64,000 bases of DNA from Lama guanicoe (GCA_013239625.1 MU053561.1:1118826-1182825); one strand, 5' to 3'; counted from the first letter of the stretch, positions 1 to 12,832 are shown. Numbers and translations: made by a program. The notes: generated from the sequence alone by a model not told the origin.

Positions 1-112
1 AAAAGAGAAAATACATATGTATGTACATGTGTAACTGAATCACTCTTCTGTACACCTGAAACTAACATTGTAAATCAACTACACTTCAATAAACACTTAA
101 AAATAAAAAAAG
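1..112 (+). mobile_element. LINE-1 3' terminus (cut by window edge)
   Basis: Typical laurasiatherian L1 end: aactgaatcactcttctgtacacctgaaactaac...ttgtaaatcaactacacttcaataaa, then an A-rich tail. Confidence 0.85.
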
Positions 113-599
113 AAATCCCTTTTTTCCCAATGTCCCTTTCACCTCCTTGTTCTAATTGGCTCTTCCCTAAGGACACTGCTCCCTTTGCATTCCTCTGGGA
201 GGGTGGCTGGTTTCTCTCCCACGTCCCTGGCGCCACAGAGCCTGGAACAGGATAGGAGTCCTCCTTGCTTCTTTTTTTTTTTTTTTAATTCATTCTCAGT
301 TTTAATGCAATGAATAATTTAAAAGGATACATTTCAATTTTAAGGACATTATTCTAATTTGGTAAAGTAGTTCATGGCCTATTTTCATGTAAACTGTGTA
401 CCTACAAAACAAGATATTACATCTCACATTTTGCACTGTCTCACTACATTAATTTTTTATTTTAATTGAGCTCCTTGCTTCTTATTTCTGGTCCCAAACC
501 ATTGTCCCAGTATCTTCCATAAAAATGACCAGATTTGAAACTCAACATCGGATTAAATCATCTGCCAGTTTCCTTTGGGCAATCGTCTGCCGACCCCAG

Positions 600-870
600 C
601 ATCACTTCCCCTCATTCCTGACTCACTGTCACTTTCCCTGTTACTGTGCCCATTAAACTCTTGATGATTTCAATATTTACATAGTCCATTCTTCCTGTAC
701 ACTGGCCTTTCAGCTCCTTGACCTCCCTTTCTCCAAACATCTTATACTCCATCTGACCTCAGCCAGTGACTCTCATGGTCATACCCACATGGCTGTCCCC
801 ACTAAGAATCTCATCCCCTCCAGAATCTTAATTTTAAGAATCTCAGTATCTGACCACTGCTTCTTATCTT
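600..870 (+). mobile_element. LINE-2 ORF2 fragment
   Basis: Pyrimidine-rich L2-like motifs (acctcagccagtgactctcatggtcataccc; tctgaccactgcttcttatc). Confidence 0.6.
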
Positions 871-1573
871 TTTTATTTTATATTATTTTCGTCTACCTGT
901 ATCATCCTTCTCTATTCCATTTCCTTGCCTCCTCTCCAGAAGTAACCATTATCCCTAATTTTGTGCTTTTAATTCCCTTGATTTTTTTTTGCATTATAGT
1001 TCATGTATAATATTATGTCAGTTTCAGGGGCACAACATAGTGATTCAGCATTTAACTACATTACCAAGTGATCACCACAGTAAATCTAGTACCCATCTCT
1101 CCACATACGAAGTTATTACAGTATTATTGCCATATTCTTACGCTGTATATCAACATCCCTGTGACTTGCTTATTTTATTACTAGAAGTTTGAATCTCTAA
1201 ATTTCCTTCACTTATTGCACCCAACTCCCAACTGTTCTCCTCTCCTCCTCTCCTCCAACCACCCATTTTTTTGTCTGTGTCTATGAGTGTTTTCATTTTG
1301 TTTTGTTAGTATGTTTTATTTATTAGATTTCACTTACAAGGGAGATCATTTGGTATTTGCCTTTCTCTGTCTGACTTATTTCACTTAGCATAATACCTTC
1401 TAGAGCCATCCATGTTGTTGAAAATGGCAAGACTTCATTCTTTTTTATGGCTGAGTAATATTCCATCATATATTAATACCACATCTTCTTTAATAATTCA
1501 TGTATCAGTGGTTGCTTCCCTATCTTGACTGTTGTAAACAATGCTGCAGTGAACACAGAGGTGCATACATCGT

Positions 1574-1619
1574 GTGCTCGCTTCGGCAGCACGTATACTA
1601 AAATTGGAACGATACAGAG
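1574..1619 (+). pseudogene. RNU6: 3'-truncated U6 snRNA retrocopy (U6 nt 1-46)
   Basis: gtgctcgcttcggcagcacgtatactaaaattggaacgatacagag matches the vertebrate U6 5' end with one mismatch. Flanked by the direct repeat acagaggtgcatacatc (1555-1571 and 1614-1630). Confidence 0.97.
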
Positions 1620-4321
1620 GTGCATACATCTTTTTCAAGTTCATGGTTTTGGTTTCTTTGGGTAAATACCCGGAAGTAGAATTGGTGGTTTATATGGTAG
1701 TTCTATTTTTTTTTTTTTGAGAAACCTCAATACTGTTTTCCATAGTTGTTGCACTAATTTATATAATCCCATCAATAGTGCATGAGAGTTACCTTTTCTT
1801 CACATTCTTGCCAACACTTGTTATTTGTTGTCTTTTTGGTGAGCCATTCTGACAGGCATGGGGTGATGTCTCATTTTGGTTTTGATTTGCATTTCCCTGA
1901 TGAATAGTGATGTACACCTTTTCACGTATCTGTTGGCCATGTATGTCTTCTTTGGAAAAATGTCTGTTCTGATCTTCTGCTCATTTTTAAAAATCAGGTT
2001 TTTTTGATGTTGAGCTCTATGAGTTCTCTGTGTATTTTGGATTTTAATCCCTTATCAAATATATATTTGCTAATATCTTCTATTTAGTAGGTTGTCTTTT
2101 CATTTTGTTGATGACTTTCTTCACTGTTCAAAAGCTTTTTGGTTTGATGTAGCCCCATTGAGTTATTTTTACTTTTGTTTTCCTTGACTGAGGAGACAGG
2201 TCCAAAAAAATATTGCTAAGGCTATTGGCAAAGAGCCTCTGTGTTTCCTTCTGGGAGTTTTATGGCTTCAGGTCTTACATTTACTTAATGTATTTTGAGT
2301 TTCTCTTTGTATATAGTGTTAGAAAGTGATCTGGTTTCATTCTTTTGCATGGAGCTGTCCAGTTTCCCCAGCACCATTTATTGAAGAGAAAGTCTTTTCC
2401 CTATTGTATATCCTTTCCTCTTTTGTCATAGATTAATTGACCTAAAAAGCCTGGATTTATTTCTGAGCTCTCTTTCTGTTCCATTGATCTATGTGTGTTT
2501 TGGTACTGGTACCGTATTGTTTTGATTACTGTAGCTTTGTAGTAATGTTTGAAATTAAAAGCATGATACCTCCAGCTTTGTTCTTCTTTCTCAAGATTGT
2601 TTTCATTGTTTGGGTTGTTTCGTGGTTCCATGCAAATTTTAGGATTATTTGTTCTAGTTCTGTGGAAAATGCCATTGGTATTTTGAAAAGGATTGCACTG
2701 ACTCTGTAGATAGCTATGGGAAATATGGACATTTTAATAAAATTAATTCTTCCTATCCATAAACATGATATATCTTTTCATTTATTTGTGTTGTATTCAA
2801 TTTCTTTCATCAATGTCTTACAGTTTTTAGATACAGGTCTTTCATCTCTTTGGTTAAATTTATTCCTAGATATTTTATTATTTTTGGTGCATTTGTGAAT
2901 GAGATTGTTTTCTTAATTTATCTTTCTGATAGTTATTAGTGTGTAGAAACACAACAGATATCTGTATATTAATTTTGTATCCTGCAACTTTCCTGGGTTC
3001 ATTTATTAGTTCTTATCATTTTTCTGGTGAAGTCATTAGGATTTTCTATATATAGTGTCAAGTAATCAGCAAACAGTGGTAGTTTTACTTCTTTTTCAGT
3101 TGGATTCCTTTTATTTCTTTTTCTTATCTGATTGCTGTGGCTAGGACCTCCAATACTATATGGAATAAAAGTAAAGAGTGTGAGCGCTCTTATTGTGTTC
3201 CTGATCTTAGAGGAAATGCTTTAAGCTTTTCACCATTGAGTATGATGTTAGTTGTGGGTTTGTCATATATGGCCTTCATTGTATTGAGGCATGTTCTCAC
3301 CATACACACTTCTTTGAGAGTTTTTAATCATAAATGGATGTCAGCTTTTGTCAAAAGCTTTTTCTGCATTTATTGAGAGATCATGTGATTTTCATCTTTC
3401 ATTTTGTTAATATAATGTATCACATTGATTGGATTTTGGATATGGAACTATATTTGTAACTCTAGGATAAATCCTACTTTATCATGATGTAGGATCCTTT
3501 TGATGTATCTGTTAGAGGTTTTTGGTTTATGGTTCCCATGAAGTTCATATATAACAATCTGTGTATATGTATGTCTGTTATAAGGTGGTGATCTCTTAAG
3601 TTTGAAAGCATTCTAACAGCCCTACAATTTTACTTTCCCTCCATGTTTGATATTTTTGACATTATATTTTATATCTTTTTTGTATGTGTTATCCCTTAAC
3701 TACTTATTGTACATATAGATGATTTTACTATTTTGTGTTTTAACCTTCCTACTAGCTTTATAAATGGTTGATATACCACCTTTACTATATTTTTGCCTTT
3801 ACCAGGGAGCTTTTTCATTTTACAATTTTCATATTTTTAGATATGGCCTTTTCTTTTCTGCTTAAAGAAGTCCTTTTAGCATTTATTGTAAGGCCAGAAC
3901 TCTTAAGATTTTTCTTGTCTGTAAACCCTTTGTCTCTCCTTGAATTCTGAATGATAACCTTGCCAGGTAGAGTATTCTTGTTTGTAGGTTTTTTCCTTTC
4001 ATCACTTTATATATACCATGTCACCCTCTTCTGGCTTGCAAAGTCTGCTGAAAAGTCAGCTGGTATTCTTATGGGAATCCCCTTGATGTAACTAGTTGCG
4101 TTTCTCTTGCTACTTTTAAGATTCTCTCTTTATCTTTAAATTTTTTTCATTTTAATTATAACATGTCTCAGTGTGGATCTTTAGGTTAACCTTGTTTGGG
4201 ACTCTTTGTGATTCTTCAGCCTGGGTGTCTGTTTCTTTTCCAAGGTTAGGGAAGTTTTCAGTTATTATTTCTTCAAATAAATTCTCTACCCCTTTCTCTC
4301 TCTCTTCTCCTTCTGGGACCC

Positions 4322-4510
4322 CTATAATACAAATGTTAGTACACTGATTTTGTTCCAGAGGTCCCTTAAACTATCCTCATAGTTTTTCTGTTCAGCTTGG
4401 ATAATTTCCACTACTCTTTCTTCCAGGTCACTGATCTGTTCCTCTGTATTCTCTAATCTACTGTTGATTCCTCCTAATATATTTTTCATTTCAGTTATTT
4501 TATTCTTCAC
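4322..4510 (-). pseudogene. Decayed LINE-1 ORF1p coiled-coil remnant
   Basis: KNKITEMKNILGGINSRLENTEEQISDLEERVVEIIQAEQ...EDSLRDLWN is characteristic of L1 ORF1p. Confidence 0.88.
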
Positions 4511-6859
4511 CTATGATTGGTTCTTTTTATATTTTCTAACTCTTTGTTGAAGTTCTCACTGTGTTCATCCATTCTTCTTCTGGGTTCAGTGAGCATCTTG
4601 ATGATCATTACCTTGAACTCTATTAGGTAGATTGCTTATCTCCATTCCATTTAGTTCTTTTTCTGAGATTTTGTTTTGTTATTTCATTTGGAACATATTC
4701 CTCTGTCTCCTCATTTTGCCTAATTCTTTTTTTTAATGTACTAGTTAGGTCCATTGCTTGCCTCTATCTTAGAGTATATGTCCTAGGGGGCCCAGTAGCA
4801 TGTTCCCCTCTGGCCACCAGAACTATATGCTTCAAAGTTGTTCCCTGTGTGGACTGTATACACTCTTCTGTTGTGGCAAGATGAATTACTGTGGGTGTGC
4901 TGATAGCTGGAGCTGACTTCTCACTCCCCACATAGCTGATTGTGAAGCCCTGCCTTGTGTTGTTGCTGTAAGAGTGTTGTTGAACAAAATGGGCTCTCAG
5001 TGTAACTGCTGTGGGTGTGGTGGTGGGCAGGGAAGTGCTCTGATGCTAATAGGCTAATGGGTAGGTTCCAAAATGGCACCTGCCAGTGCAAGGTCATCAC
5101 GGGAGAATGACATCACAGAAAAGGCTGCTGTCAGTGTCTCAGTCCCCAGGGGGTGTCTCAGCTGCCTGTTCCCTCTCTAAAACTGACCCTCATATTCATA
5201 AAACTATTGAGCCTCTAGATCGAGATACTATCCAAACAAAATATTAACAAAATTCATACTTCATTTATTTAAATTCATTTAAATAGAGCTACACTCTATG
5301 CAAAAGGTATGTTCAGTGAAAGGTGGATGCATCTAGTTTTTGGGAATCAAGCATATTTTTGACAGTAGCAAGGACTGGGATAAATAAAACAATCCTATAC
5401 TGAATAGCTTTATAGAGAAAGATTCCATTTGTGACAAGGGTAATTGGATCCTGGTTTATCTTTTAAATCAGTTTAGATTTCCATATCTTGGCTTTTCTTA
5501 AAGTAGCCTCACCATCATATACATGTAGATACATTTTGATACCCTGGGTCAGGCTGAGTCTTGGTTTCCATTACACCTTGAAATCTCCCTTGTCACTGAA
5601 CTCCTGCTTTGAAGTACTTTATTGAGCCAGGTCCAAAGAGTTTCCACTGCTGTGTCCTCCTGTCCAGGTTTCTGGTCAAGGTGTTGGGGACTGCACAGCT
5701 GCTTGACTCTTGGGAAATGATGTCATTGTTCCCAGGTTGTGAGTCAAAGAATGGTCAAATACCATGGTGGTAGTATTGCCTCCAGTCCTGTTCCAAAGAG
5801 AGCTGCTGCTACTCAAGACTTTATGAAGGACCTGGGTAACAGTGGCATTCAGACTCATCCCAGGATACCGTCGAGATTGCACGTAGCACTACAACACACA
5901 CAAAGTCAGCTTGTGGTCCCAGGTCAGCCTTCAGTGATTCCTACACAAGTGAGTAGATGATCTGATTTCCCCACTGCATAATGTCTGTTCATATATCCCT
6001 GGCCTGATGAAATTGTGAAATATGAATCATTAACTAATGACTTTGCTCAGTCACTGAAATTCACTATCCTGACCCCCTTCCTTTTGTAAGACTTACTCAC
6101 AAACTCTATAATCATTTTCTAAACTTTGTGAGTGAGTGTTATATAAGCCTGGGTATCTGTCAACTGTGATTTTATGAAAGTTAATGTATTTTACTCTGTG
6201 CTATCTTGATACTTCCTCCTTGAGTAGTTTTCAAACTGAATTTTTTTCAATTTGTTTTGTGATCATTACTCTTTACTTTTTATTCTTTTTTTTTTTACAA
6301 TTTCTAGTGGAGTGTATTCCCCCAATTCATCTGTGAAAGTTCATTCTAGGGTTTCCATTGAACCTACCTCTTTGTTTATCCCACTGTCCAGGTTCACAGT
6401 TTTCAGTAAGATTTTCCTAGGAATTTTATCTGGGTCTATATTGGAGAATTACAGTAAATGAGCTGTATATAATTTTCAACTTTCAGACAATCTTAAAGTT
6501 CAATGCTTGTTTCTACTACCCCAAAAGCATTGCTTCTGGAATGTTCTCTCCATAGATTTTCTTAAAAATTAAAAAAAATCTGTACATTTAAAGTCTGAAA
6601 AATTCTTGCTGTAAAACTCAAACTATATCTCAAGTAAAGAGTTATAATTTTCCTTCATTTCCTTCTCAAGAAAGATGCTTGGAGTCTAGTGGTCCTTGTG
6701 CCTACACAACAACAACAAACAACAAAAAGCAAAAGTTAAGTTTGTTGGAGTATGTTATTTGAGTATTTCTAATACAGGAACCCATGGCTACTCATTGGTT
6801 CTCTACAATAATTATGGATCTTTTAGCTGGAGGAAATCATCCTAGTAATACGTCCATCT

Positions 6860-7065
6860 TCTACCATTTAATGAGTGCCTATCATATGCTCAATCCTGTT
6901 TTCTTTAGATCTCTATTTTTAACTAAGTGTTTTATTTGCACAATCCCTGTTTAAAAGATGAGGAGTAGGAGGCTCAGAGAGGTTAAGTAACTTGTCCAGA
7001 GTCCTATAGCTAGTAAGGAGCAGGACTGGCTTTGGAGCCTAATCTATGTGACTCCCCAAATCCAT
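6860..7065 (-). mobile_element. MIR SINE
   Basis: Core gatgaggagtaggaggctcagagaggttaagtaacttgtccagagtc. Confidence 0.85.
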
Positions 7066-8264
7066 ATGTATATTGGTGGTATGATGAAGCCAGCTCATTC
7101 TGGTTTGCAGCTCTTGATTCTTCACCCTTCTTTCCAACTCTGCCTTTAGTGACATCACGTTGGTGGTATGAAATCCTGCATTTACACAGTGGAAATCTGC
7201 AAATTCTACAAACAAATGCTTTTGTCCCCTTAAGAGACCTTATTTTACCAAATTCTGTGTGTTGCATTTTGTCAAGCTACTCCTCTGAACAGGAAGACCA
7301 TAGAATTAAGCCATGGGAGTGGTGAAGGGAAATAGTTTCCAGAAACCTTTGCCCAAATATGTCATACGTGTTTTTGTGACTGAATAAGCTATAAAACATT
7401 CCACAGCCAGAGAGCTCCCACTGACAAGCACTCAGTATCTATCCTCGGTCCCCCAAAAAGCACATTTTATGGAAGATGGGTCAGTGTTTGCACACCCTTA
7501 ACGAGGCAGTGTCTCAACTTCTGGTACTTCACCATCTCCTCTGAATTTCTCACACGCTCTTGGGTGGAAAGAGGATTCTGTGAATCTAGTTAAGTCAGAT
7601 CTTCAGGGACTGATGTTACAGGTCGTGGATAAGCCAGGCTCGCTTTCCTCATCCTCCTCATCACCTTCTGGCCTTTTTACTGCTCATTAGCACCTCGGCC
7701 AGAGACCTGGGTTTGGGAAGGAATGAGTGGGTGTGGGACTCTCATCAGGCCACCTGGCTCCTTGCCAATGACTCTTATGTAGGTTTTGTTGGGAAAAGTA
7801 ACTTAGAGACAAAATCATGGATCCCTAGCATATGTGGGTTTTCGTCAGCTGAACTACCCGGTTTGGCCTCACCTGCTCCCAGCACTCCCCATGCTGATGC
7901 CACGGATCATGACGTATTGGTTGCGTTAAATTGTCCTGCTCTGTGCTGTTTCATTCACTTCAGTACATCTCACTGGTGGCCGATTTAGTTAACTCCGTTT
8001 GTGTATCTCGCTGAGCATTGTGCAAGGTCAGAATGGCAGGAAAACTCAAATTGAATAATGCTCACCACTTCGACTGTGGGATGAGTAAAAGGCAACTCGG
8101 GCAAGATTTCAAGGACATCTCATTAGCTGCTGCCCCTTAATTCTTCCCAAAATTGTACTATAAGGATATACAGTAAACCCTCTACATATGTTACATCATT
8201 GAAAAATAAAAGCAGTAGTCAAGTCTTTGGGTAAAGCTATTCACTTAGCTCTGAATTTACCTCT

Positions 8265-9205
8265 TTCATTAAGGCATTTACGTATCAAGTATATTTCAGT
8301 GCCTAAGTCAGATACAGTGCTGGGGATGTGTGCTGAATGAAATAGTTTCTGTTCCCAGGCTGCTTGTCTTGTGAAGATAAGCAAGCAAGTAAGCTAAATA
8401 AAGGTAACTGCAAGTTACAGCAGGTGGGACAAAGCTAGTAAATAGGGTTCAGCTGTATACAGTGGTGAAGGGTCACATTTTAGATGTTGTGAAGATGGAC
8501 ATGGAAGACTTCTCTGTGAAGAGACATTGAAACAGACCCAAGAAATGAGGAGAGACCAGCTGTATGAAAAGCTGGGAAGAGCATGAAGGCTGAGGGAACA
8601 GCACGCCCAGACACTCTGGGGTGAGTCTTACATGCCAGCTAGCTGAAAGAAGGCTGGTGTGTGTGATGAAGCGGGGGGAGAGTGGCAGGCAGAAGTTCCT
8701 GGGGACAAAGGTGGGCTGGGGGCAGATTATGGAGGGCCTTAGAGACCATGGTGAGCAATTCAGACTTAGTGTCCTAAGTGCAATGGGAAAGCTCGGAAGA
8801 GTTTTAAGCAGGGGAGTGACATGAAGTATGTATTTTAAAGGTCACACTGGCTGCTTCATGGAGACTGGCCCTGGAGGGGTCAGGACTGGAAATAAGGAGG
8901 CCAATTAGGGGGTGTTGTGAGCTTTTAGGTGAGAGAGGGTGGTGAGAAGCACCATGGTGGTAGCAGGGATGATAAGGACAGGTGGGTAGAGTCAGGATAC
9001 TTTTTGGAGGTAGACTTTATGGGACTTACTTGGTGAACTGCACACATGTCTGTGTGGGGATGGGAGGTCAAGATAACTCCCAGGTTTCTGCATAGATGTG
9101 GTTATCATTTCTGAGATGGGGAAGGCTTGGGTAGAGTTAGGTCAGATGGTAAAGGGGAGGATTAAGAGTTCTGTTTGGAATGTATTCATCTCTAGATGCT
9201 TCCAA
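8265..9205 (-). mobile_element. LINE-2 3' region
   Basis: Antisense L2 motifs (ggggcagattatggagggcctt; gagttttaagcaggggagtgacatga; ttttaaaggtcacactggctgc; gtcaagataactcccaggtttct). Confidence 0.88.
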
Positions 9206-9561
9206 CCTGAGCTCCAACTCAACTCATCATGCCCATAAAGACATTAGGAAAGGCTTCCTGTAAGAAAAATGAAAGAACAGCTCTTAATAACAACCGAAAT
9301 GTTTGAAGTATATGCATCACATATTGTGAGCAAACCTACACTGGTTTCTGGTGAAAATTTTTCTCCTGAGTACTTATAATCTAATGTGCACATCTGCTCC
9401 AGAATTTTAGAAATCATTTGAGTTTCTGGGAAGCATTGTTTTGCTCTTTTTGAAAATTGGTTGGCAGGGTTATCTTCAGTCTCCTGCCACTTTTGTTACC
9501 CTGCGAATGCATATAGAATCACTGATGGGGATTCTGAGCTGTCATCTGCCATTTCTTCCAG

Positions 9562-9790
9562 CACTAATAAGAACTGCTTCCATGTATGGAGCACGTACTT
9601 TGTGACATGCCCTTTTCTAGGAGGTTTCTTAATTTAAACCTCACAGCAACTCTGGAAAGTTACTATTACCACTTCCATTTTTGGGGGGGGAAATTGAGGG
9701 ACAGAAGAATTTCTTTCCTTTTCCAAGTTCACGTAGCGAGCCAGGTCAAAGTCAGGATTAGATCCTAGATTGTTAGGATCTGTTATATCT
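9562..9790 (-). mobile_element. MIR SINE
   Basis: atttaaacctcacagcaactct...ccattttt...gaaattgagg...ccaagttcacgtagc. Confidence 0.7.
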
Positions 9791-9915
9791 TCAGAGAACC
9801 TGGTCTCATAACCATTAAGTTCCATTGCCTCTTGATGATACACTTGGGAGATAATCCATGTGAATTTGCCAACTTCAGCCATTTTAAACCATTAAACTAT
9901 TTCAACAGTCTAAGT

Positions 9916-10097
9916 CAATGTTTCCAAAACTAGCCGCTCATCAGAATCACCCAGAGAGCTTGTTAAAATAAGATTCCCTGGTCCACCAAGACCTAAATCA
10001 GCATCTATTAGAAGTAGGACTTGAAATCTGTGTCTGTAACAAGCTTTCCAAGTAATTCTGATGTAGCCAATTTATGGAGCAACATTTGGTAATGAGA
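9916..10097. mobile_element. MER5A-like hAT-Charlie DNA transposon
   Basis: catcagaatcacccagagagcttgttaaaata...gaaatctgtgtctgtaacaagctttccaagtaattctgatg. Confidence 0.8.
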
Positions 10098-10149
10098 GAT
10101 ATGAGTTACCTTTCATCACCTTGTCTCCTTTTGAGAACAAATTTCCTTA

Positions 10150-10288
10150 TTTAATTAAAAATTTTTAATAGGGAGAGGAAATTTGAGGGGTTCTTTTTGT
10201 TGTTTGTTTTAAACATAAGTACTGGGGATTGAACCCAGGACCTTGTGCATGCTAGGCATGCACTCTAACACTGAGCTATACCTTCCCC
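10150..10288 (-). mobile_element. tRNA-derived SINE, camelid Vic-1 type
   Basis: Minus strand reads ggggaaggtatagctcagtgttagagtgcatgcctagcatgcacaaggtcctgggttcaatccccagtac (Pol III A and B boxes), then an A-rich tail. Confidence 0.88.
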
Positions 10289-10878
10289 TATTTCCTTCTT
10301 ATTTTTCAAAAAATTTCCTTCTTCATGGCACTTGCTTTCTTCTTCCTAGTTTTCAGATCATTCTCCTTGGTTATAAGATAGAAGCTCAGTAAAAACTGGT
10401 AAGTTTGCTTTCTATATTCAGTTCAAACTCTTCTTTGACATCTCTCCATTTATTCAAATCCACTGTACAGTTGAGGAATTCTGCCCACGAAACAGAAATT
10501 CAGGAAATCTCTAAGATATTTTCAATAGCCCCAATGTTTCCCCAGCAGGCTAATTGTTTTCCATTGGAAAAAAAAAACTAGAATGAAGAATGAGGCTTTC
10601 ATTTTGTATTTCCTTGTCAGGAGCATCCCAATCCCAATTTATCCAGAATAAAGGAAAGGTTTTGAGTATTGTTCCTATTTTGTAATTTTCATACCTTTTA
10701 GTCCCAAACAAGAAATGGACTAAAGCTTTTTTTCAGTCAAGACCCAGGCCCCTAAAAACTGGTGAAGGAGACAAAGTCAGCCTAGTACGTTGGTTCAAGT
10801 ACCATTGCCGCATTGCTTCCGCATCCCGGGGCACCCCTCCTTCCACTGGTGGGTCAGGACTTGACTGGTATGCTCTGA

Positions 10879-10985
10879 TAGGATGCCCACCCTTGGCTTA
10901 TCTGGGACAGAGGGATCTTCTCAGATGTGGGATTTTCAGTGCCAAAACTGGGTCAGTCCCGGGGCTGGGGCAGTTAGCCATTTTA
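10879..10985. mobile_element. MER94-like hAT-Blackjack element
   Basis: gggacagagggatcttctcagatgtgggattttcagtgccaaaactgggtcagtcccggg. Confidence 0.65.
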
Positions 10986-11989
10986 CCTTCATTGTAGCAA
11001 GAGCACCAGCAGAAGGGAGGATTACCATTCTCTTCTATGTCCCTGAGTTGCTCTCAGCGGACATCCCAGAGTATGAATAGGTTTACATTCTAAGGCTGAG
11101 AAGCACCAGTTATTGAAACTGTGCTTGGACCAACCACTGCGTTGGTGGACCTGCTTGGCCAGAGGAAAGTTGAGAACTGAATAAATTATCCTGAAAGGAC
11201 CCTCTTTTCTCTTTTTACCAAAGAATAAAATAAGTTTCTTCATGTGTATCTATACGAAAGGTGTGTTCAAATATTTTCTGTTTTGACTTCAGAGCGTTCC
11301 CATAGCCCCTTGTGTGTGTTAACTGCAGATTCTTCACAACAGATGAAAAAAATGTTTCATACTGGGCCTGGACTCTACCACTCCATCCTGATATTCTGAG
11401 CCTAGATTTCTATTATTTGCTGCCAGTATTTGCATAGCAAGAGTTTTATGGGTAATAACTCAGTCCCTTCATGAAGAATCACAAGCAGATTTTATACCCT
11501 TCTTACTCAATGCCGAAAGAATTGACAGGGTGTCATACTTTATTGCTAAACAAATTCATCTCTCACTAAAGGGTCAGACACGGACTCTTTCTTTCATAAG
11601 CAGGCTTCTTCTTGGAATGAAAAACATGGTGCATCTTGGGAGAGTTCTTGGGAAAGTTCATCTCCTTGGGTGCTTTGGGGAAAAATGTTTTGACCCATAC
11701 ATAGAGTTCACCCCAGGGACTTAAAGGCTAGATGCTTACAAGTGCATGGCCATCTATGCTTACAACTTGGTTTCAGGTTTTACAGTAATAGTTTTCTAAA
11801 CTATTCTTCTGTATATTCTATATAACCTTCACTGTATGCTTTCAAGAGGTGATGCACGGGAAAGTGGTGTTTAAATGGTAAGGGGCTGAAAGCAATTTGA
11901 GAGACAGTGCTGGGAAATCGTTTATGAAGCTAAATGTGGCATCTGGGGTGGATTTAGACCTCTCCTAGCCTTTTTTATGTCACCCATCA

Positions 11990-12220
11990 GTCACCCTCTC
12001 ACTGCACCGTGATCTGTTTCTGTGGAGTGTGTATCATGGATTGTAAGCGTATACTTATTTGTGTATTTGTCTGTTTAATGTTCAGTCCTCACTTAGCCCC
12101 TGATCCTGTCCCATGTGCCTTACAAGGTCGGTTATCCTTCACTAGTTTACTGGTTCCTTAGTTTCTTCCTGTTTGTGGGAACATATACTAGGCCCCTCAG
12201 AAATGGAAGATTATTGTGTG
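11990..12220 (+). mobile_element. LINE-2 3' fragment (diverged)
   Basis: tatacttatttgtgtatttgtctgtttaatg...catatactaggcccctcagaaat. Confidence 0.45.
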
Positions 12221-12589
12221 AGTATGTTGGGGGCTGTTGGTTTGGGCATGGTGTTAACTCCTTTCATACAGGAGTTAGATATAAAATAAATTAAGGCACT
12301 TCTGGAGCTGGTGGAGATTCTGGATGACATCTTCTTTAACCTCCCTTCCCCTATTACTTGATAGACATATAACCTTCTTGTCTTTTACCTTTTCTTATCT
12401 TTCCCTTAACTTTTGCCCTACTTCCCCTCCCCTATCCTCACTGAGTAGGGCGGGTAAAGAGGCATTGCCAGCCCAGCAGTAGAAAAGAGGCTGGGCCCTT
12501 TGCCCTGAAGATCAGTCTCAGTTCAGTGTTTCGCCCAACCCGTGGGGTCTATATCCCCTTTCAGTGGCTCTGTCTCTAACTAATTCTAC

Positions 12590-12832
12590 TGCCCAAATAT
12601 ACCACCCCTTCTTCAATGTGCATCTCAAACGTTACCTTTTCCTTGCATCCTTCAGCTTAGAAGCCACAGCCGTCTATGGCACTTCATTGCTGCTGGTCAG
12701 ATTCTAACTTGCCCTGTCACCATTTGTGGGCACAGCTCCTGCTCCTGATTTGTAATATCCTTCGGCCTGGGACCTTGTCTTTACTTCTTTGCTGGGCACA
12801 CGTCCTGTCTTTCGTAAATGTTTGCTGATTGT
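12590..12832 (+). mobile_element. LINE-2 3' fragment (diverged)
   Basis: cttcttcaatgtgcatctcaaacgttaccttttcc...gggaccttgtctttac...gtaaatgtttgctgattg. Confidence 0.55.

Larger units (their letters stand above)
982..5180 (-). mobile_element. LINE-1 of about 4.2 kb: 3'UTR, ORF2 C-terminal half, spacer, ORF1, 5'UTR; ORF2 5' half missing
   Basis: T-tail at 982-990. ORF2-like peptides at 2526-2732 (IYRVSAILFKIPMAFSTELEQIILKFAWNH) and 2401-2631. ORF1 coiled-coil peptide at 4322-4510. Confidence 0.93.

Noticed and set aside
1574..1619. Functional U6 snRNA gene
   Set aside because: Only 46 nt, lacking the 3' half, the T-run terminator and an upstream PSE/TATA. It is flanked by a TSD.
5190..6700. Possible very old CR1 or ERV internal fragment, or processed pseudogene
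   Set aside because: Only vague motif resemblance and no coherent reading frame. It cannot be supported without a Dfam or BLASTX search.
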